Origin: Pristiophorus japonicus
Taxonomy: Eukaryota
Direction: 5' to 3'
Length of the DNA: 64,000 nucleotides
Assembly (NCBI RefSeq): GCF_044704955.1
Contig: NC_091983.1
Location: forward strand, 66,712,001-66,776,000
The notes beneath the pieces were generated by a model. That model was given only the letters and a program-made list of their open reading frames with translations, searched no databases and was not told the origin of the DNA. This document shows, in pieces, positions 25,343 to 38,365 of the stretch. The translations under genes and the position numbers were made by a program. Each line of letters begins with the position of its first letter. Positions within the stretch are counted from its first letter, which is position 1.

Positions 25343-27094
25343 GGCTGGAATTTTCCAGGGCGGGGGGGGGGTGTGGGTGGTCAGCGGGTGGGATCAGTGG
25401 CAGGTCGAGTGGGAAATTTGATTATTTTTCGACAGCGGGTCAGGAACCCGTTCTATCCCTTCACAACGTGCCTTTCTCAACGGCACGTCTGTGATCTCAG
25501 ATCGGACCCGACATGCAGAGGCAGATGATCCAATTAAAGCAATTAGTGGCTTGTTCACAGACCCTTAATAATGCTTTTACCCTTTCTTTTAACTATTCAC
25601 TCACGGGGTCCACACTGCTCGTGGACCATGTTTGTTAACCTGAGGCGGGAGTTGAATGGCCATTGAATCAGTTGTTTAGTTGACAGCTTGAAATGTACTA
25701 TGATAGCTCCCATCTCACAGTTGTTCCCTTTCCAAGTTGCGATGCTGTTGCTTACTCCGTTTGGAACACAGATTGAGCTTTATGCAGGTTGCAAGTGTTT
25801 GCAGCAAACTCTCCATCCAGTGTCACCTCATTGGAACAACCTCTCTCATCAATGACAAATTGCTTCTGTCTTCTCAAGTTCACCTGCCATCTATTCCATC
25901 AGCATGTGTACCGTTCATACTGTTTCACCTTGGTCCTCAGAATCTGACCACGATCAGCCCCAATACCAGCAGCACCAACCATCTCCGCAATCAGCTGATG
26001 CTGCGCAGGACACAGGGCATCAGCACCCGAGCACATTGCGGCCTGCAAAGCCAGGGATGGCCTCACTATATGGCCAGATTTACTTCACTAGACGCTGCAT
26101 ACTCTGGCTGCCACATGATGCGCCAGGTTGGCACCACACCATAAAGCATCCCTACAATGTCCAAACTATTCCTTTCACACTCATCACCATTGCAGGGGTA
26201 CCGTTATATCTCACCATTCACTGCAACTCACTAAACCACTTCCAAAGGTGCTCACAAATCTGTTCAAGACCGGAAAGTGTTGAAAATAAAGGGTTCAGTG
26301 TTTGACAGCACATTAATAGACACTTTACATGAACATTGGATAAAACACCCAAGTGGCTATCCTTGTGTGTTGTTAGTTGGTATGTTTGCACTAGGAATAG
26401 GGTGAGTGTGAGGGGAGGCTAGTGAGATGAGGATGTGATAATGTAAATAGAGAAGGATGGGTGGAGGGACATGGTAAGTTGGTATAAGTAACAATGAGCA
26501 GGAGTAGGGTATGGAAGGCAGAGTGATGGGGATGTGATGAGAGGCACAGCAGGATGAAGGCGAGTGCGGCTTTGTACTCATGTTTCCTGATCTAAGGAGC
26601 TAATTGAAAGGGTTGCGCCACTGCACACAGATCCTCCTGAACACATCGCTGCTTATGACCTCCTCTGCAATGGGCAGCCAGGATGTTTTGGTCTCCTGGG
26701 GAGGTCTCTTCCACCCATCGGAAGGGAAGAGGATCTCTCTGTGTGCTCGGACACTGTCCATAAGCATGTGGAGAGAGTCATGGGAGAACCTGGGTGCAGT
26801 CCTGCACCTCTGTGCAATGCTCGTCAGTGTTTGCAGCACTTCAATGCTGTAGAACACTGACAGCACAAACACCAAAAGTAAGGTGGCCAGGGTCTCTTTA
26901 AGGAAACCGGCTCAAGACATATCAAGAATAATGTTAGCAGACCCGCTCCATCTAATTGGGCCGGGAAACGTGTTGGGCGGGTTTAACAAGCCTCATTGAG
27001 TTAATTTCATTCTGTACAGTGGGATGGAGCCAGCAGCAGGGCTGCGACCCGCCACCGGCGGCCCGGACCCACCGAGGTGATCAAAATCTCGGCC
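25343..27094. mobile_element. PIF/Harbinger element remnant with a Myb/SANT-like pseudo-ORF (26600-26820, minus strand)
   Basis: TIR ggctggaatttt / aaaatctcggcc; 3-bp TSD gtt; splits a host repeat (acctgaaatgtt|aactc); APRFS..L..L...W..IAEEV...R...QWR..FN. Confidence 0.8.
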
Positions 27095-27722
27095 GTTAAC
27101 TCGGTTTCTCTCTTCACAGATGTTGCCCTGCTGTGTGTTACCAGCATTTTCTGGTTTTATTTCAGATTTCCAGCATCCGCAGTATTTGGCTTTTGTTGGG
27201 CATTCCCGTGTTTGTCTCTCGGTCTCCTCCCCACCATGCCCATCTGACTAATCCAGAGGCACAACTTACTACAGGTGGACAACATGATATGGTGGAAGAG
27301 AGTGGATGGTCTATTGCCTAGATTCATCACAATTTTATTCTTCTACCACCTTTTTTAAAAAAAAGCTGAAATGCTGCCCTCCTGGTGAAAGGATTCTGCT
27401 GCCATCTGCAAACAAGAGATACTCATGGTTTTGATTCCAGCGTCGAATGGGTCCTGTCCTTCAGATAGTTATCAATGCAAACATAAACCTCTTTTTGAAG
27501 CAGAGAACAGTACTGTATTGCTCAAACTAGAAAAGGATGAAGCTAGGATAATGAAAAAGACACACAAAGAAAGTGCGTGTCACTATTACTACTTAAGAAT
27601 ACAGAGAAGATTGTACATATACATATTGTATTGCTGGCAGTACACCTCCTGCCATGAGCTAGTTCTTATCCTTAGGTTTGTTTAACAAGAGGAAGCACAA
27701 TTCAGGAGAAAAAAAATTCTAC

Positions 27723-27785
27723 CTCAGATGTTGTTCCAACAAGTCAACCTGATCGTGTAGAGCTTTTGTCACTTCTGTTTCTTGA
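27723..27785 (-). CDS. NBAS: NBAS exon, QETEVTKALHDQVDLLEQHL
   Basis: ttattacag acceptor, AG|gtagaa donor; 63 nt, phase 2-2; matches recalled LHDMVDQLEQIL. Confidence 0.92.
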
Positions 27786-28236
27786 CTGTAATAAAATCAA
27801 AATGGAAAAAAGTATAATTTTACTTTACCTGCAATTAACACGCTGACAATTTATAGTTTTACACGTCAAGCGAATGTGTCATTAAATAGGGTTCGAATTG
27901 ATAAAGCATTGCAAAACGATTATCTTACTTACAGGGTCTTGCTCATCTGGATAGTATCACCCTCCACACACCTCAAAATTCTGAGCTAATAGTACTTTTG
28001 GAGGAAGACGGAATAGTTTTGGGTCCCACAAACAGATTTACCTTTGCTGACAAACCCAATTAAAACAGAAGATTGAAGATTTTTATCTACCCTGTGATTT
28101 GCTCAAATGTTTCTTAACATCCCAGAATATTTTCATCAGTGTTCAATGCATTCTATTAACCAATTGGCTAACCTCATTCTCAAACAGACAAGCTTTCTGA
28201 TAAGAATGTAGAGTCGATCATGGTTCTGGTCGCCGA

Positions 28237-28304
28237 TCCTCACCCGGCCCCCACGTTCCTCACCCGGCCCCCACGTTCCTCACCCGGCCCCCACGTTCCT
28301 CACC
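28237..28304. repeat. 20-bp tandem repeat tcctcacccggcccccacgt, about 3.4 copies
   Basis: Perfect copies visible. Confidence 0.95.
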
Positions 28305-28455
28305 TGACCATTGCCCACACCCGTCAGTGGTCCAGGTCCAAAGAAGTAATCATTGCACTGCTTAATATTCTCAATCTAATGTTCGTGGAGAGGACTGTAT
28401 AGTTTTGATATCAATGATCCATTAAATGTATTACTTCAGTGATCTAGCTCACAGT

Positions 28456-29440
28456 AGGCTGAATTTTAATGGAGAAGGTGGATTGGGAGCTGGGGGGCGG
28501 GGGGGCTTGGGAGTGGGGAGCTCCAAAGCAATCGGGAATCCCGGAAGAACGGGATTCCCGCAGAACTTGCCAAATTTAACAGGAGGGTCTGATTTGCATC
28601 GGAAACTTCTGTTTCCGACTCGCAGCCAGCCAGATTAAGAGGCTGACTGGTTCCAGGCTGTGGCATTAGGCTGAAGAGAGGAGGGAGGAAGGGATCATGT
28701 ATAGGGGCCGGCGAGCAGCTGGAGGAGCATGGTGCCAGTCGGGTGGGGGGGGTGTCACTAAAAGTCTGGAAATGGGGGATGGAGGGGGAAAAGAGAAGAA
28801 TCCTGGACCAGAACGGGGGGGCCAGGATGTTGGAGGGGAATCGGGGGTCTGGACCACTTGTGGGGGGGGTGGGAAAGAGGGATGGTTAGGTGAAATGGGG
28901 GAGGTGCTGGCAGAGCGGGCGGCAGAACACAGGCCAGAGGAGAAGATTAGTGGCGGGAGAGGAGCATGGGGGCGGGCTCTGTGGCGGGGAAAATCAGAAA
29001 TCAGAGGCCTGAATGGGGGAGTGGGATCGGAAGCCTGCAAAGGGGGGAGGGGCGCGGAGGAAAGATTGAGAGAGAGGGTCTCCGATCCAGGCGATGGGTT
29101 AAGTAGAGACCCTGAATCCAGGAGGCAAATGTAAAGCTCTTACTGACAGGATCCAGCAGTCCTCGCCTTAAATTAGCTGTCGGGTTTCACAAGGCCTGCA
29201 AATCCCGACAGCTAAAGTTAAATTCAAAATGAAGGTTAAATCAGAAGCTTCCATCCTCGTTCTAATAGTTAAATAGATGGTCCGCCTCATGGGAGCGGAT
29301 TGGTTGCCCGCCCTGTCCCGTCTCCATTAAAACTCTAAGTGGGCGGGTTGGAGGCGAGTTCTGGTCGGGATTCAGATTTTTTTACTTTAACTCCCCACAT
29401 GACCCCAACCCGCCCGTTTTATTCTGTTAATATTACCCCT
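28456..29440. mobile_element. Harbinger-type MITE with G-rich interior
   Basis: TIR aggctgaattttaa / ttaatattacccct; TSD agt on both sides. Confidence 0.7.
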
Positions 29441-29799
29441 AGTGAATGAGAAGCACATATACATGTCCCGGAGTTACGACGAAATTTGCACTGATCCGAG
29501 GTAACCACAGGAAATTCACATGAGACGCACGTTTGTATGGAGGGGCTATGGACAGGTTTGACAGAGATTTCACAGAAAGCAAAACAAAAGATTGAGAAAA
29601 TTTGGGCTTGGTGTAAAAATGGCACAAGTCACTTACATCTTTATTTCCACAAAGTTTTCCGCCAAAAACCGACATTACGCCCTACTTACACTGTTGTTTT
29701 GCACAAGTTTTCAAGCAATTCCGAGCCATAGATTTTTATAAATGTATGCAGTCAAATTTAGAAAGGAAGTTATGTTAGCAAGACCACAGGACTTTAACT

Positions 29800-30000
29800 A
29801 TGTAGTATTACATCGAATTTACAGCACAGAAATAGATCATTTGGTCCAACAGGTTCATGACTGTGTTTATGCTCCGCATGAGCCTCCTCCCAACCTTCCT
29901 CGACTAACTTCATTAACATATCCTTCTATTCCGTTCTCCCTCTCGTGTTTATCTAGTTTCTCCTTAAATGCATCGAGCCTAGACGCCTCAACTACTACCT
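29800..30000 (-). mobile_element. Old CR1 3' end
   Basis: Similar to 4925-5090 (gctccgcatgagcctcctccc..ccttaaatgcatcga). Confidence 0.7.
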
Positions 30001-30237
30001 CTACCACCCCACCACCCCACCACCAAAAAAAAAACAGCCCATGGTAAGATACTTGTTAATCTCATGAACCTCAATCTTAAGTAAAAAGAAAAAAATATAT
30101 TTTGGGAAATATGAGGTAGCAGAAGAGAGCATAATGGCAACTATTTGCTTTTAAATATATTAATGGTTTTCAAAATAATTATTGTTTCATAACAAATCAA
30201 TCTACTTATAAATCTTCATAGCTTGGTACATACTTAC

Positions 30238-30371
30238 CCAAAACCTCTCTGTGGTAAACATTCAAGCACATCATAACAAAGAGACAGCTGATCATCTCGA
30301 TCACATGTGTAAAGACAGTCTAGGGCTACTGTCATCAACTGGTGATGGTCAGGAATAATTTTCTGCTGACA
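30238..30371 (-). CDS. NBAS: NBAS exon, CQQKIIPDHHQLMTVALDCLYTCDRDDQLSLCYDVLECLPQRGF
   Basis: ttctttttaattag acceptor, GG|gtaagt donor; 134 nt; not in the ORF track, translated by hand. Confidence 0.95.
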
Positions 30372-31143
30372 CTAATTAAAAAGAACAGAGGGATGGAATG
30401 AAACAAATTGTTAGTACATTTTGAGAACACACATGCTAATTCCTATTGCCCTTTTTAAAAAAAAAGAAAAACATCCAAAATAATGCAAGAAAGAAATGTA
30501 TAGCAAGTTACTAAGTTACATTTAAAACATCTGGGTAGACAAATCACAAAATCAATCAGCAATATGAAAGCAGACATGCAAAGCATCAAGTACATAAAAA
30601 TCTAGCAGTTCCCAAGGATGAACAAACTAAAGGGATGACATATATATTGATATGAAGCTTAGAACATTGGCAGCCTGGTAGTTTGAACAGAATGCCATCG
30701 TAAGCAGCCCTTATGTCACGCTGTCTCAGTAACTGAATGTGAACAGTGTAAATTGATTATATGAATGTGCACATTTCAATTTAGATGGTTTATGAATTGT
30801 TAAGTGGAATCCCTCTAGAAATGAATGGCACAGCATGCTGTTTCTGTAATGTGCTGTACCATACAGTAATAGGTCTCGAGTTCTTTCCCACAATTCCCAA
30901 TCTCAGCAATGCAATACAATACAAGAGCATCTGCCAGTCAATTTCCCAAAGGGATGGAGGCAACATTTTTGGATAAACCATTATTTGAACACTGTAGCAG
31001 AGACCTGGGAGCTGGCTGCTTGACTGTGCCCTTGGCCAGGGAACTACAAATGGTACAATCCCAATGAGTCTCAAGCGGGAGAACTTTTTTTTTAATCAAA
31101 CATGCCTCAATATTTATTAAAGGCTCCAGTAGAATAAACATAC

Positions 31144-31317
31144 ATCAGGTTTAGAGTGCTGAAATATCTTCAACGGGTATTTTAAATCATCCTTTGCCTC
31201 TGTTACTAAATAATCTTTCAGTAGCTCATCTGCAAATCCTGTATTTTTACTCTCGCAGCGGTGCAGGAATGGAACCACCCACTGGTACACATTCTTTATA
31301 TACATTTCTTCAGAGGA
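31144..31317 (-). CDS. NBAS: NBAS exon, SSEEMYIKNVYQWVVPFLHRCE...YPLKIFQHSKPD
   Basis: ttcctgtag acceptor, GAT|gtatgt donor; 174 nt, phase 0-0; PFLHRCE and PLKIFQHSKPD motifs. Confidence 0.96.
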
Positions 31318-31502
31318 CTACAGGAATATAAAAGAAAACATTGTTAATTACATAACAGTAACATATATATTGACATGTTTTGATGGAAGGGAAAAGCTAA
31401 ACATCTTTAAGAAGCTTTAGAAGAAGCATTTTATCACAATACCATGCCAAATCTCATTATTTTTAAAGATCATATTTATTAAGATAATTGTGTGAAAATA
31501 TA

Positions 31503-32163
31503 GGCCTGGATTTTGCAAACTGTCAGCATTCGCCATCATTACCCTCTCAAACGGACTAACTTTAGGATTTAGCGCCTGCGCATCGAAGCACGGAAATCCT
31601 GAAGTTAGTCAGTCTTTCACTGCTCTGACACAACTGCACTGTGGATCCCCCCTCCCCCATAGTCAGCAGTCAGTAACATCAGTGGAACTGATGAAAACCT
31701 GAGCTTTTCCATGCTAATATCACTGTTAAGTACCCCATTAAATATTAAGCCTTGTTGGAATATATGTAACTGGGGTATTAACAGCATGATGACTGCTAAA
31801 GTTTTTTTTAAGTCTTTTTTTTAAGTTTGTTCATGATATTTCAGCTTCTACCTTAACCCCATGCATATACCCCAATCTTTATTTCATTCTCTAACATTTT
31901 TTTTTTTAAAGTGAGGATAAAAGCTGCTTTTTATTTCCTGGTTTGGTGTCTGTGAGAAATCTTCAATGTGATTAGCTACTTAGACAGCTTGATGTCATCA
32001 CTGCTGCACTACGCTAGGAATCCCCTATTCACAGCACTACAATCAATTGTACATCGAAAAACCTTAAGTTTTCGCAACAGAAATCACAAGATCTCTGTGG
32101 GCAGCTTTCTTTGATGTTAGCGGCGATCGCCGTCACATCACCGCTGATCGCAAATTACAGGCC
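31503..32163. mobile_element. Harbinger-type MITE
   Basis: TIR ggcctggattttgc / gcaaattacaggcc; TSD ata. Confidence 0.8.
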
Positions 32164-32598
32164 ATAACATATATAGAAATCTACTGGGCGGCTGCATGGA
32201 ATGGTTAGACACTGGCTTTTGTTCATAATTCCCAAGTCTTGTTTCCACACCGATGAGCAGGGGCAGAGGAAATAAATCAGCTAACAAGGCACCGTCAACT
32301 CCTCTTGCACACTTTGTTGCAATGGCTCAAGGTGGAAATGGCAGAGACTTGGGAACAAGTTAGCCATCCATGCTTTACACATGGAGAACAATGTGGGGAG
32401 CAAAGATGAATTAAAAAAAAATCAATACGAGTAAAAACTTTTCATATGAATTGCTTCTGCATGTTAATTTTGAAAATATACCCCATTTACACCAAAAAAT
32501 AAACTTCCAAATGATAGTACAATGTTAACAATCTGAAAATATACAATGTCAATTATCTGAAAATAAAGAATTATTGAAATCATATTTGTACAGCCTAC

Positions 32599-32784
32599 AT
32601 TGATCATTAATTGCCTCAGTTTATCAATGTCTTTCATCTGTTGTAGTTCTTTCAGTGAAAGAGTTGGATCAGCCCCTGCCTCATATACGAGTGTTTCCAG
32701 AGTGATTAGATCATCACAGAGAATCTCTAAACCAGGAATGTTCCTTTCCTTGCCAAGACGTACGAGAGATAAGGCACAATCCAC
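32599..32784 (-). CDS. NBAS: NBAS exon, VDCALSLVRLGKERNIPGLEILCDDLITLETLVYEAGADPTLSLKELQQMKDIDKLRQLMIN
   Basis: ctttag acceptor, AAT|gtaggc donor; 186 nt, phase 0-0; very close to recalled NBAS VDCALSLIRLGMERNIPGL. Confidence 0.96.
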
Positions 32785-32958
32785 CTAAAGACAAATAACA
32801 GAGCAACCTTAAAACTGATCAAAAGCTTTTGGCATGAATTGTTCATGAAAAATATTTGATTTTCAGTTCTCTGTCCCTTCAAGATGTGTCCATTTTAGCA
32901 TAACACAAAATGGATAAGCTAGAACTGCACTGTTAGCCTTAATTCCACAAAACACAAG

Positions 32959-33791
32959 GGGGTAGAAATTCACCCCCACTGGAAAACTGGTGATCCGACC
33001 ATTTTCCAAGTGTTTTTACTGTCGCGTCAGACGAGGCGGGCTCTTTGGCAATATTTTTTTTTTTTTAAAGAGCGGACCGGAAGTCGGTCGTAATGGGTGC
33101 AGACATGCGGCGTAAGTGCTGATGAAGAGCGGAAGTGGGGGCGGGATGGATTCTCTGCCGCTGTCAGTCAGCAGCGGAGCTGTGGGGACATCATTGTGTG
33201 TGTGCATCATCACGTCTCTCCCCTCATTTAAAGGGGGAGAGAATCAACGATTGTTTAGATTTGGCCCGCTGGGCCACCAGGGAGGGTTTTGGCCGGACCA
33301 GCAGCCTGGCACCCAAGACGGGTAAAAAAAAGTTCGTAGATAGTGCTAAGAGGGGTGCCAGGCTGCTTGTTAGCGGTCCGACCGAACCTGGGGCCATAAC
33401 TGTCTGGCCGAACGGGAAGTCAGCTGGCAAAAAAAAACATGGTGGCCACAGCATTGCGCTCTCCCCTTGAAGGGCCGCTGCGCTGCCGTGGCTCACACAC
33501 ACAATACAAGGTGCACTGACAGAAAATCTGTCAGGGACACCGCGCGGCGGTTCGTGGATTTTTTCACCTAAATTTCGCGGGGGGTGCCATGGAGGTGCGG
33601 GAAGAGCGTCGGTGCGCACTTTGATGATGCGCTTCGGACAGTCAGCAGCAATGGGGCGGAAATGGTGACCTCCAAAAAATTCCCCGAGGTGAATTATATC
33701 GTGGTGGCCATAGGACTGGAAGTCAACTCCGTCGCCTAGCCGCTACTTTCTGGCAGTAAGCGGCCTTTTTGGGAATCTGAATTTCGGCCCC
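32959..33791. mobile_element. Harbinger-type GC-rich MITE
   Basis: TIR ggggtagaaattc / gaatttcggcccc; TSD aag. Confidence 0.8.
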
Positions 33792-33859
33792 AAGATTTGA
33801 AACACAAAAAAACCGCATGTGTGAATAAATAAGTGAAATTCACCACTTTAAATACTGGA

Positions 33860-34690
33860 TATAAGAACATAAGAATTAGGAACAGGAGTAGGCCATCTAG
33901 CCCCTCGAGCCTGCTCCGCCATTCAACAAGATCATGGCTGATCTGGCCGTGGACTCAGCTCCACTTACCCGCCCGCTCCCCATAACCCTTAATTCTCTTA
34001 TTGATTAAAAATCTATCTATCTGTGACTTGAATACATTCAATGAGCTAGCCTCAACTGCTTCCTTGGGCAGAGAATTCCACAGATTCACAACCCTCTGGG
34101 AGAAAAATTCCTTCTCAACTCGGTTTTAAATTGGCTCCCCCGTATTTTGAGGCTGTGCCCCCTAGTTCTAGTCTCCCCGACCAGTGGAAACAACCTCTCT
34201 GCCTCTATCTTGTCTATCCCTTTCATTATTTTAAATGTTTCTATAAGATCACCCCTCATCCTTCTGCACTCCAACGAGTAAAGACCCAGTCTACTCAATC
34301 TATCATCATAAGGTAACCCCCCCTCATCTCTGGAATCAGCCTAGTGAATCGTCTCCAAAGCTAGTATATCCTTCCTTAAGTAAGGCGACCAAAACTGCAC
34401 GCAATACTCCAGGTGCGGCCTCACCAATACCCTACAGTTGCAGCAGGACCTCCCTGCTTTTGTACTCCATCCCTCTCGCAATGAGGGCCAACATTCCATT
34501 TGCCTTCCTGATTACCTGCTGCACCTGCAAACTAACTTTTTGGGATTCATGCACAAGGACCCCCAGGTCCCTCTGCACCGCAGCATGTTGTAATTTCTCC
34601 CCATTCAAATAATATTCCCTTTTACTGTTTTTTTTCTCCAAGGTGGATGACCTCACACTTTCCGACATTGTATTCCATCTGCCAAACCTT
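33860..34690 (-). mobile_element. CR1 3' fragment
   Basis: QRDLGVLVH, RRMRGDLIETFKIM; tail ataagaacataagaa. Confidence 0.9.
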
Positions 34691-35708
34691 ATATCACCCT
34701 TCCTTCTATAAATCAATTTCCTAAGAAAATGTACACTTCTTGTATGAGAAAACTGTAACTATATCAATATTATTCATAAAAATACCAATCCACTCAAAAG
34801 TAATACAAAAGTACCTTATTTTTTGAACTGTACTGCTATAGTATCCTAACTATTTTTGAGTTGCACTGTTACTTTAATGTTTTTAACCACAATACTATTT
34901 CAGCTGCATAAATTTTGAGCACCTAAAGCTTTCACGTCCACATAGCGAACTATAATTATTTTATATTCAAGTAATATCTTCAGAAAGGACTTTTTGCATT
35001 ATCAATGTATTGATTCATTGATTCCGCAGCAGAGACAGAATTGTACAGATGTGCTCCCCCTTTATTCAAAATGTTAGTTCATACGTGTTTTAAACATTGC
35101 AACAGTATTTCTGCTGCGAATGTTCATATATTCTGGTATTTTGCAAGTTTTCCTATTTCAATTTACCCAACAAAATATTGAGGCTAGAAAAGGTTTCCAG
35201 CATCACTTCACTTGAACCAGGTGAAAAATAATCTTTCACAACTGAAAGGATTTAGAATCATCAATGTATGACATGCACAATGTTTTTCTTATTTTTTGCA
35301 AAGAACTCAATATATTTAAAAATGAAATTATGCTTGTCTTGAAGCATTTGCAGCTTAATTTTTTTTTTAAAAAACACCCACTGTTTTCTATGCCTTCAGT
35401 GTAGCATTCATACTATTCCATGTCTTCACACAGAACTAGTGGCAGCTGTTCCCTTGCTGAATTTCCTGAAGTTGGGATGTTAAAATTTAAAGGAGGGGGA
35501 ATTATATATTACATGTAATTGGAAAAGTCATTGCACAACATATTAATTTTTCCCTAATATGACATTGTATTGCTGTACATGATAAATGGACTACAATCAC
35601 AATTTTTTTTTTGGGGGGGGGGGGGGGCGGGGGGAAAGATGAACAAAGTATAGTTCTGCCAAACTGGTTTAAAAAAAGTCAACAAATAATTGGCATCTAT
35701 AAATATAA

Positions 35709-36766
35709 GTGTTTTCAGAATGGCAGGCAGTGACTAGTGGGGTACCGCAAGGTTCTGTGCTGGGGCCCCAGCTGTTTACACTGTACATTAATGATTTAGA
35801 TGAGGGGATTAAATGTAGTATCTCCAAATTTGCGGATGACACTAAGTTGGGTGGCAGTGTGAGCTGCGAGGAGGATGCTGTGAGGCTGCAGAGCGACTTG
35901 GATAGGTTAGGTGAGTGGGCAAATGCATGGCAGATGAAGTATAATGTGGATAAATGTGAGGTTATCCACTTTGGTGGTAAAAACAGAGAGACAGACTATT
36001 ATCTGAATGGTGACAGATTAGGAAAAGGGGAGGTGCAAAGAGACCTGGGTGTCATGGTACATCAGTCATTGAAGGTTGGCATGCAGGTGCAGCAGGCGGT
36101 TAAGAAAGCAAATGGCATGTTGGCCTTCATAGCAAGGGGATTTGAGTACAGGGGCAGGGAGGTGTTGCTACAGTTGTACAGGGCATTGGTGAGGCCACAC
36201 CTGGAGTATTGTGTACAGTTTTGGTCTCCTAACCTGAGGAAGGACATTCTTGCTATTGAGGGAGTGCAGCGAAGATTCACCAGACTGATTCCCGGGATGG
36301 CGGGACTGACCTATCAAGAAAGACTGGATCAACTGGGCTTGTATTCACTGGAGTTCAGAAGAATGAGAGGGGACCTCATAGAAACATATAAAATTCTGAC
36401 GGGGTTAGACAGGTTAGATGCAGGAAGAATGTTCCCAATGTTGGGGAAGTCCAGAACCAGAGGTCACAGTCTAAGGATAAGGGGTAAGCCATTTAGGACC
36501 GAGATGCGGAGGAACTTCTTCACCCAGAGAGTGGTGAACCTGTGGAATTCTCTACCACAGAAAGTTGTTGAGGCCAATTCACTAAATATATTCAAAAAGG
36601 AGTTAGATGAGGTCCTTACTACTAGGGGGATCAAGGGGTATGGCGAGAAAGCAGGAATGGGGTACTGAAGTTGAATGTTCAGCCATGAACTCATTGAATG
36701 GCGGTGCAGGCTAGAAGGGCCGAATGGCCTACTCCTGCACCTATTTTCTATGTTTCTATGTTTCTA
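35709..36766 (+). mobile_element. Young 5'-truncated CR1 with an uninterrupted 319-aa RT C-terminal frame
   Basis: SGVPQGSVLGP, KFADDTKL to a native stop at 36668; (ttctatgt)n tail; tggcatctat duplicated at 35691-35700 and 36770-36779. Confidence 0.95.
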
Positions 36767-37016
36767 AGATGGCATCTATGCGGAATACTTTGTAAAGTAT
36801 TCCATTTGGTTGCCAAAATAATCTTTCTTGAATCACACATGAAGGGACAAGATGTAGCAAAATAAAATTTGAATATAGCCTTAATTAGGAATCCTGCTAA
36901 CTAAAGTTATGTTACAAAAATAAATTACAGAACAACATTTTTATTGAATTTTTCATTCTGGTTGTTGCAAAATTGATCCATCTAAGCATTTGCTCTCCCA
37001 CATAACAAATATTATA

Positions 37017-37484
37017 CAGGATCGAAGGGCCGAATGGCCTACTCCTCCACCTATTTTCTATGTTTCTATGAACCTCCCTTATCTGGCACCCTCGGGACCA
37101 GGCCTATCCCGAATGAGGGATTTTGCCAGATGAGGGGTGGTCACGTGTTTGGGTGGACTGTGCCTTTAAGTGCTGTTACTGGGGTAAGTATGTGTGTGCG
37201 TTGATTGGCTGGACCGACTGTCAGTGTGCAGGGGGCCTCAAAGAGTCGGCGGGCCTTGAAGAGTCGGCCCGATCCCCCGGAGGGAGCGTTGTGGGGAGGA
37301 GCAGCTGGCCCGAGGACTGTGGCAGCAGGGGTTCCAGCAGGGCAAGGAGGAGGAGGCAGCCGATTGAGGAGAAAGATTATATTGGTGAGTAGGATTTTGA
37401 TGGTCGCTTTCAGCGCATGCGCCACCCACCGGCCGGGAATGGTCCCGGACTAGGGGTGGTGCCAGATAAGGGAGGTTCAACCTG
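37017..37484. mobile_element. Tc1/mariner (Tigger-like) MITE, left TIR interrupted by a CR1 tail
   Basis: TA flanks; TIR cagg..tgaacctcccttatctggcacc / ggtgccagataagggaggttcaacctg. Confidence 0.8.
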
Positions 37485-38365
37485 TATTGTTCAAAATAGT
37501 TGCAGCTCCTTTTATTTACAATTAAAATTAATTAGTTATTGCTTCCTTTTCCCTGATGAAAATTTGTGAAATTGCTGAACTTCTCATAACAAGTATGAGG
37601 TATATATTTTCATGTGATGTAGTTATTTTAAAATTGATAATTTGTGGAACCTAAGATCTGGTGCCACAATGTGGTCATTAAAAGCAGCAGTTTTTGATGA
37701 AAATGCAAGCAGCAGGGGAGGATATCAGCAGCTGTAACAAAAAAAAAACCATTAACTCTGCTCCATTTATACTGTAAGTACCAATCGAGAGCAGTACCTG
37801 CTTTTAGAAAAGCAGAGTCCTCACATGCTACTGAAGTGCATATAGGCAGAGCTCTGCTCACCAGTATCCAAATACCAGTGAAATGCCAATTTTAATCAAG
37901 AGCAATCTTGCCTTCTGGCTTCTTCACTAAATAATGTGATGGCTGTCCACAAGACGAAATGGGAAAATTCCCAACTTCGAAGCCAAATCTTCAACTGCAG
38001 TTATAATTAGGTTTTGCACCACCATGTGAAGCTGAAACTAATTTGTAATGACAAAACAGGCAGTACAACTTTCCACAGCATAACTTCCCAGAGGAGTTTT
38101 CAGCACCAACACAATTTCTTCTTTGATTTCTAATCTTGAATGCTCGTCAGCTGTATCTACCTATTATTTATACCCATTTTCTACCTATTCTTTATCATTC
38201 TGTTTCTAAAGTTTGTTTTCATGCTGCTCAGAATTGAGAAAAGGTTGTGAATAAAAAGACTTAGCAAATGTCTATCTTGCCTAGAAGCATTCTCACTTAC
38301 AGGAATATATAAAATTTTATTTCAGCATAAAAGTCAACATGTAGAACGTGTTTTTCTGATCTTAC

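Noticed and set aside
29465-29727. Possible small MITE (gtcccggagttac / gcaattccgagcc)
   Set aside because: TIR match is weak and the flanks (cat / ata) are not duplicated; not supportable as a feature.
35709-36668. 319-aa ORF as a host gene
   Set aside because: It is the C-terminal part of CR1 ORF2, 5'-truncated, with no true start codon.
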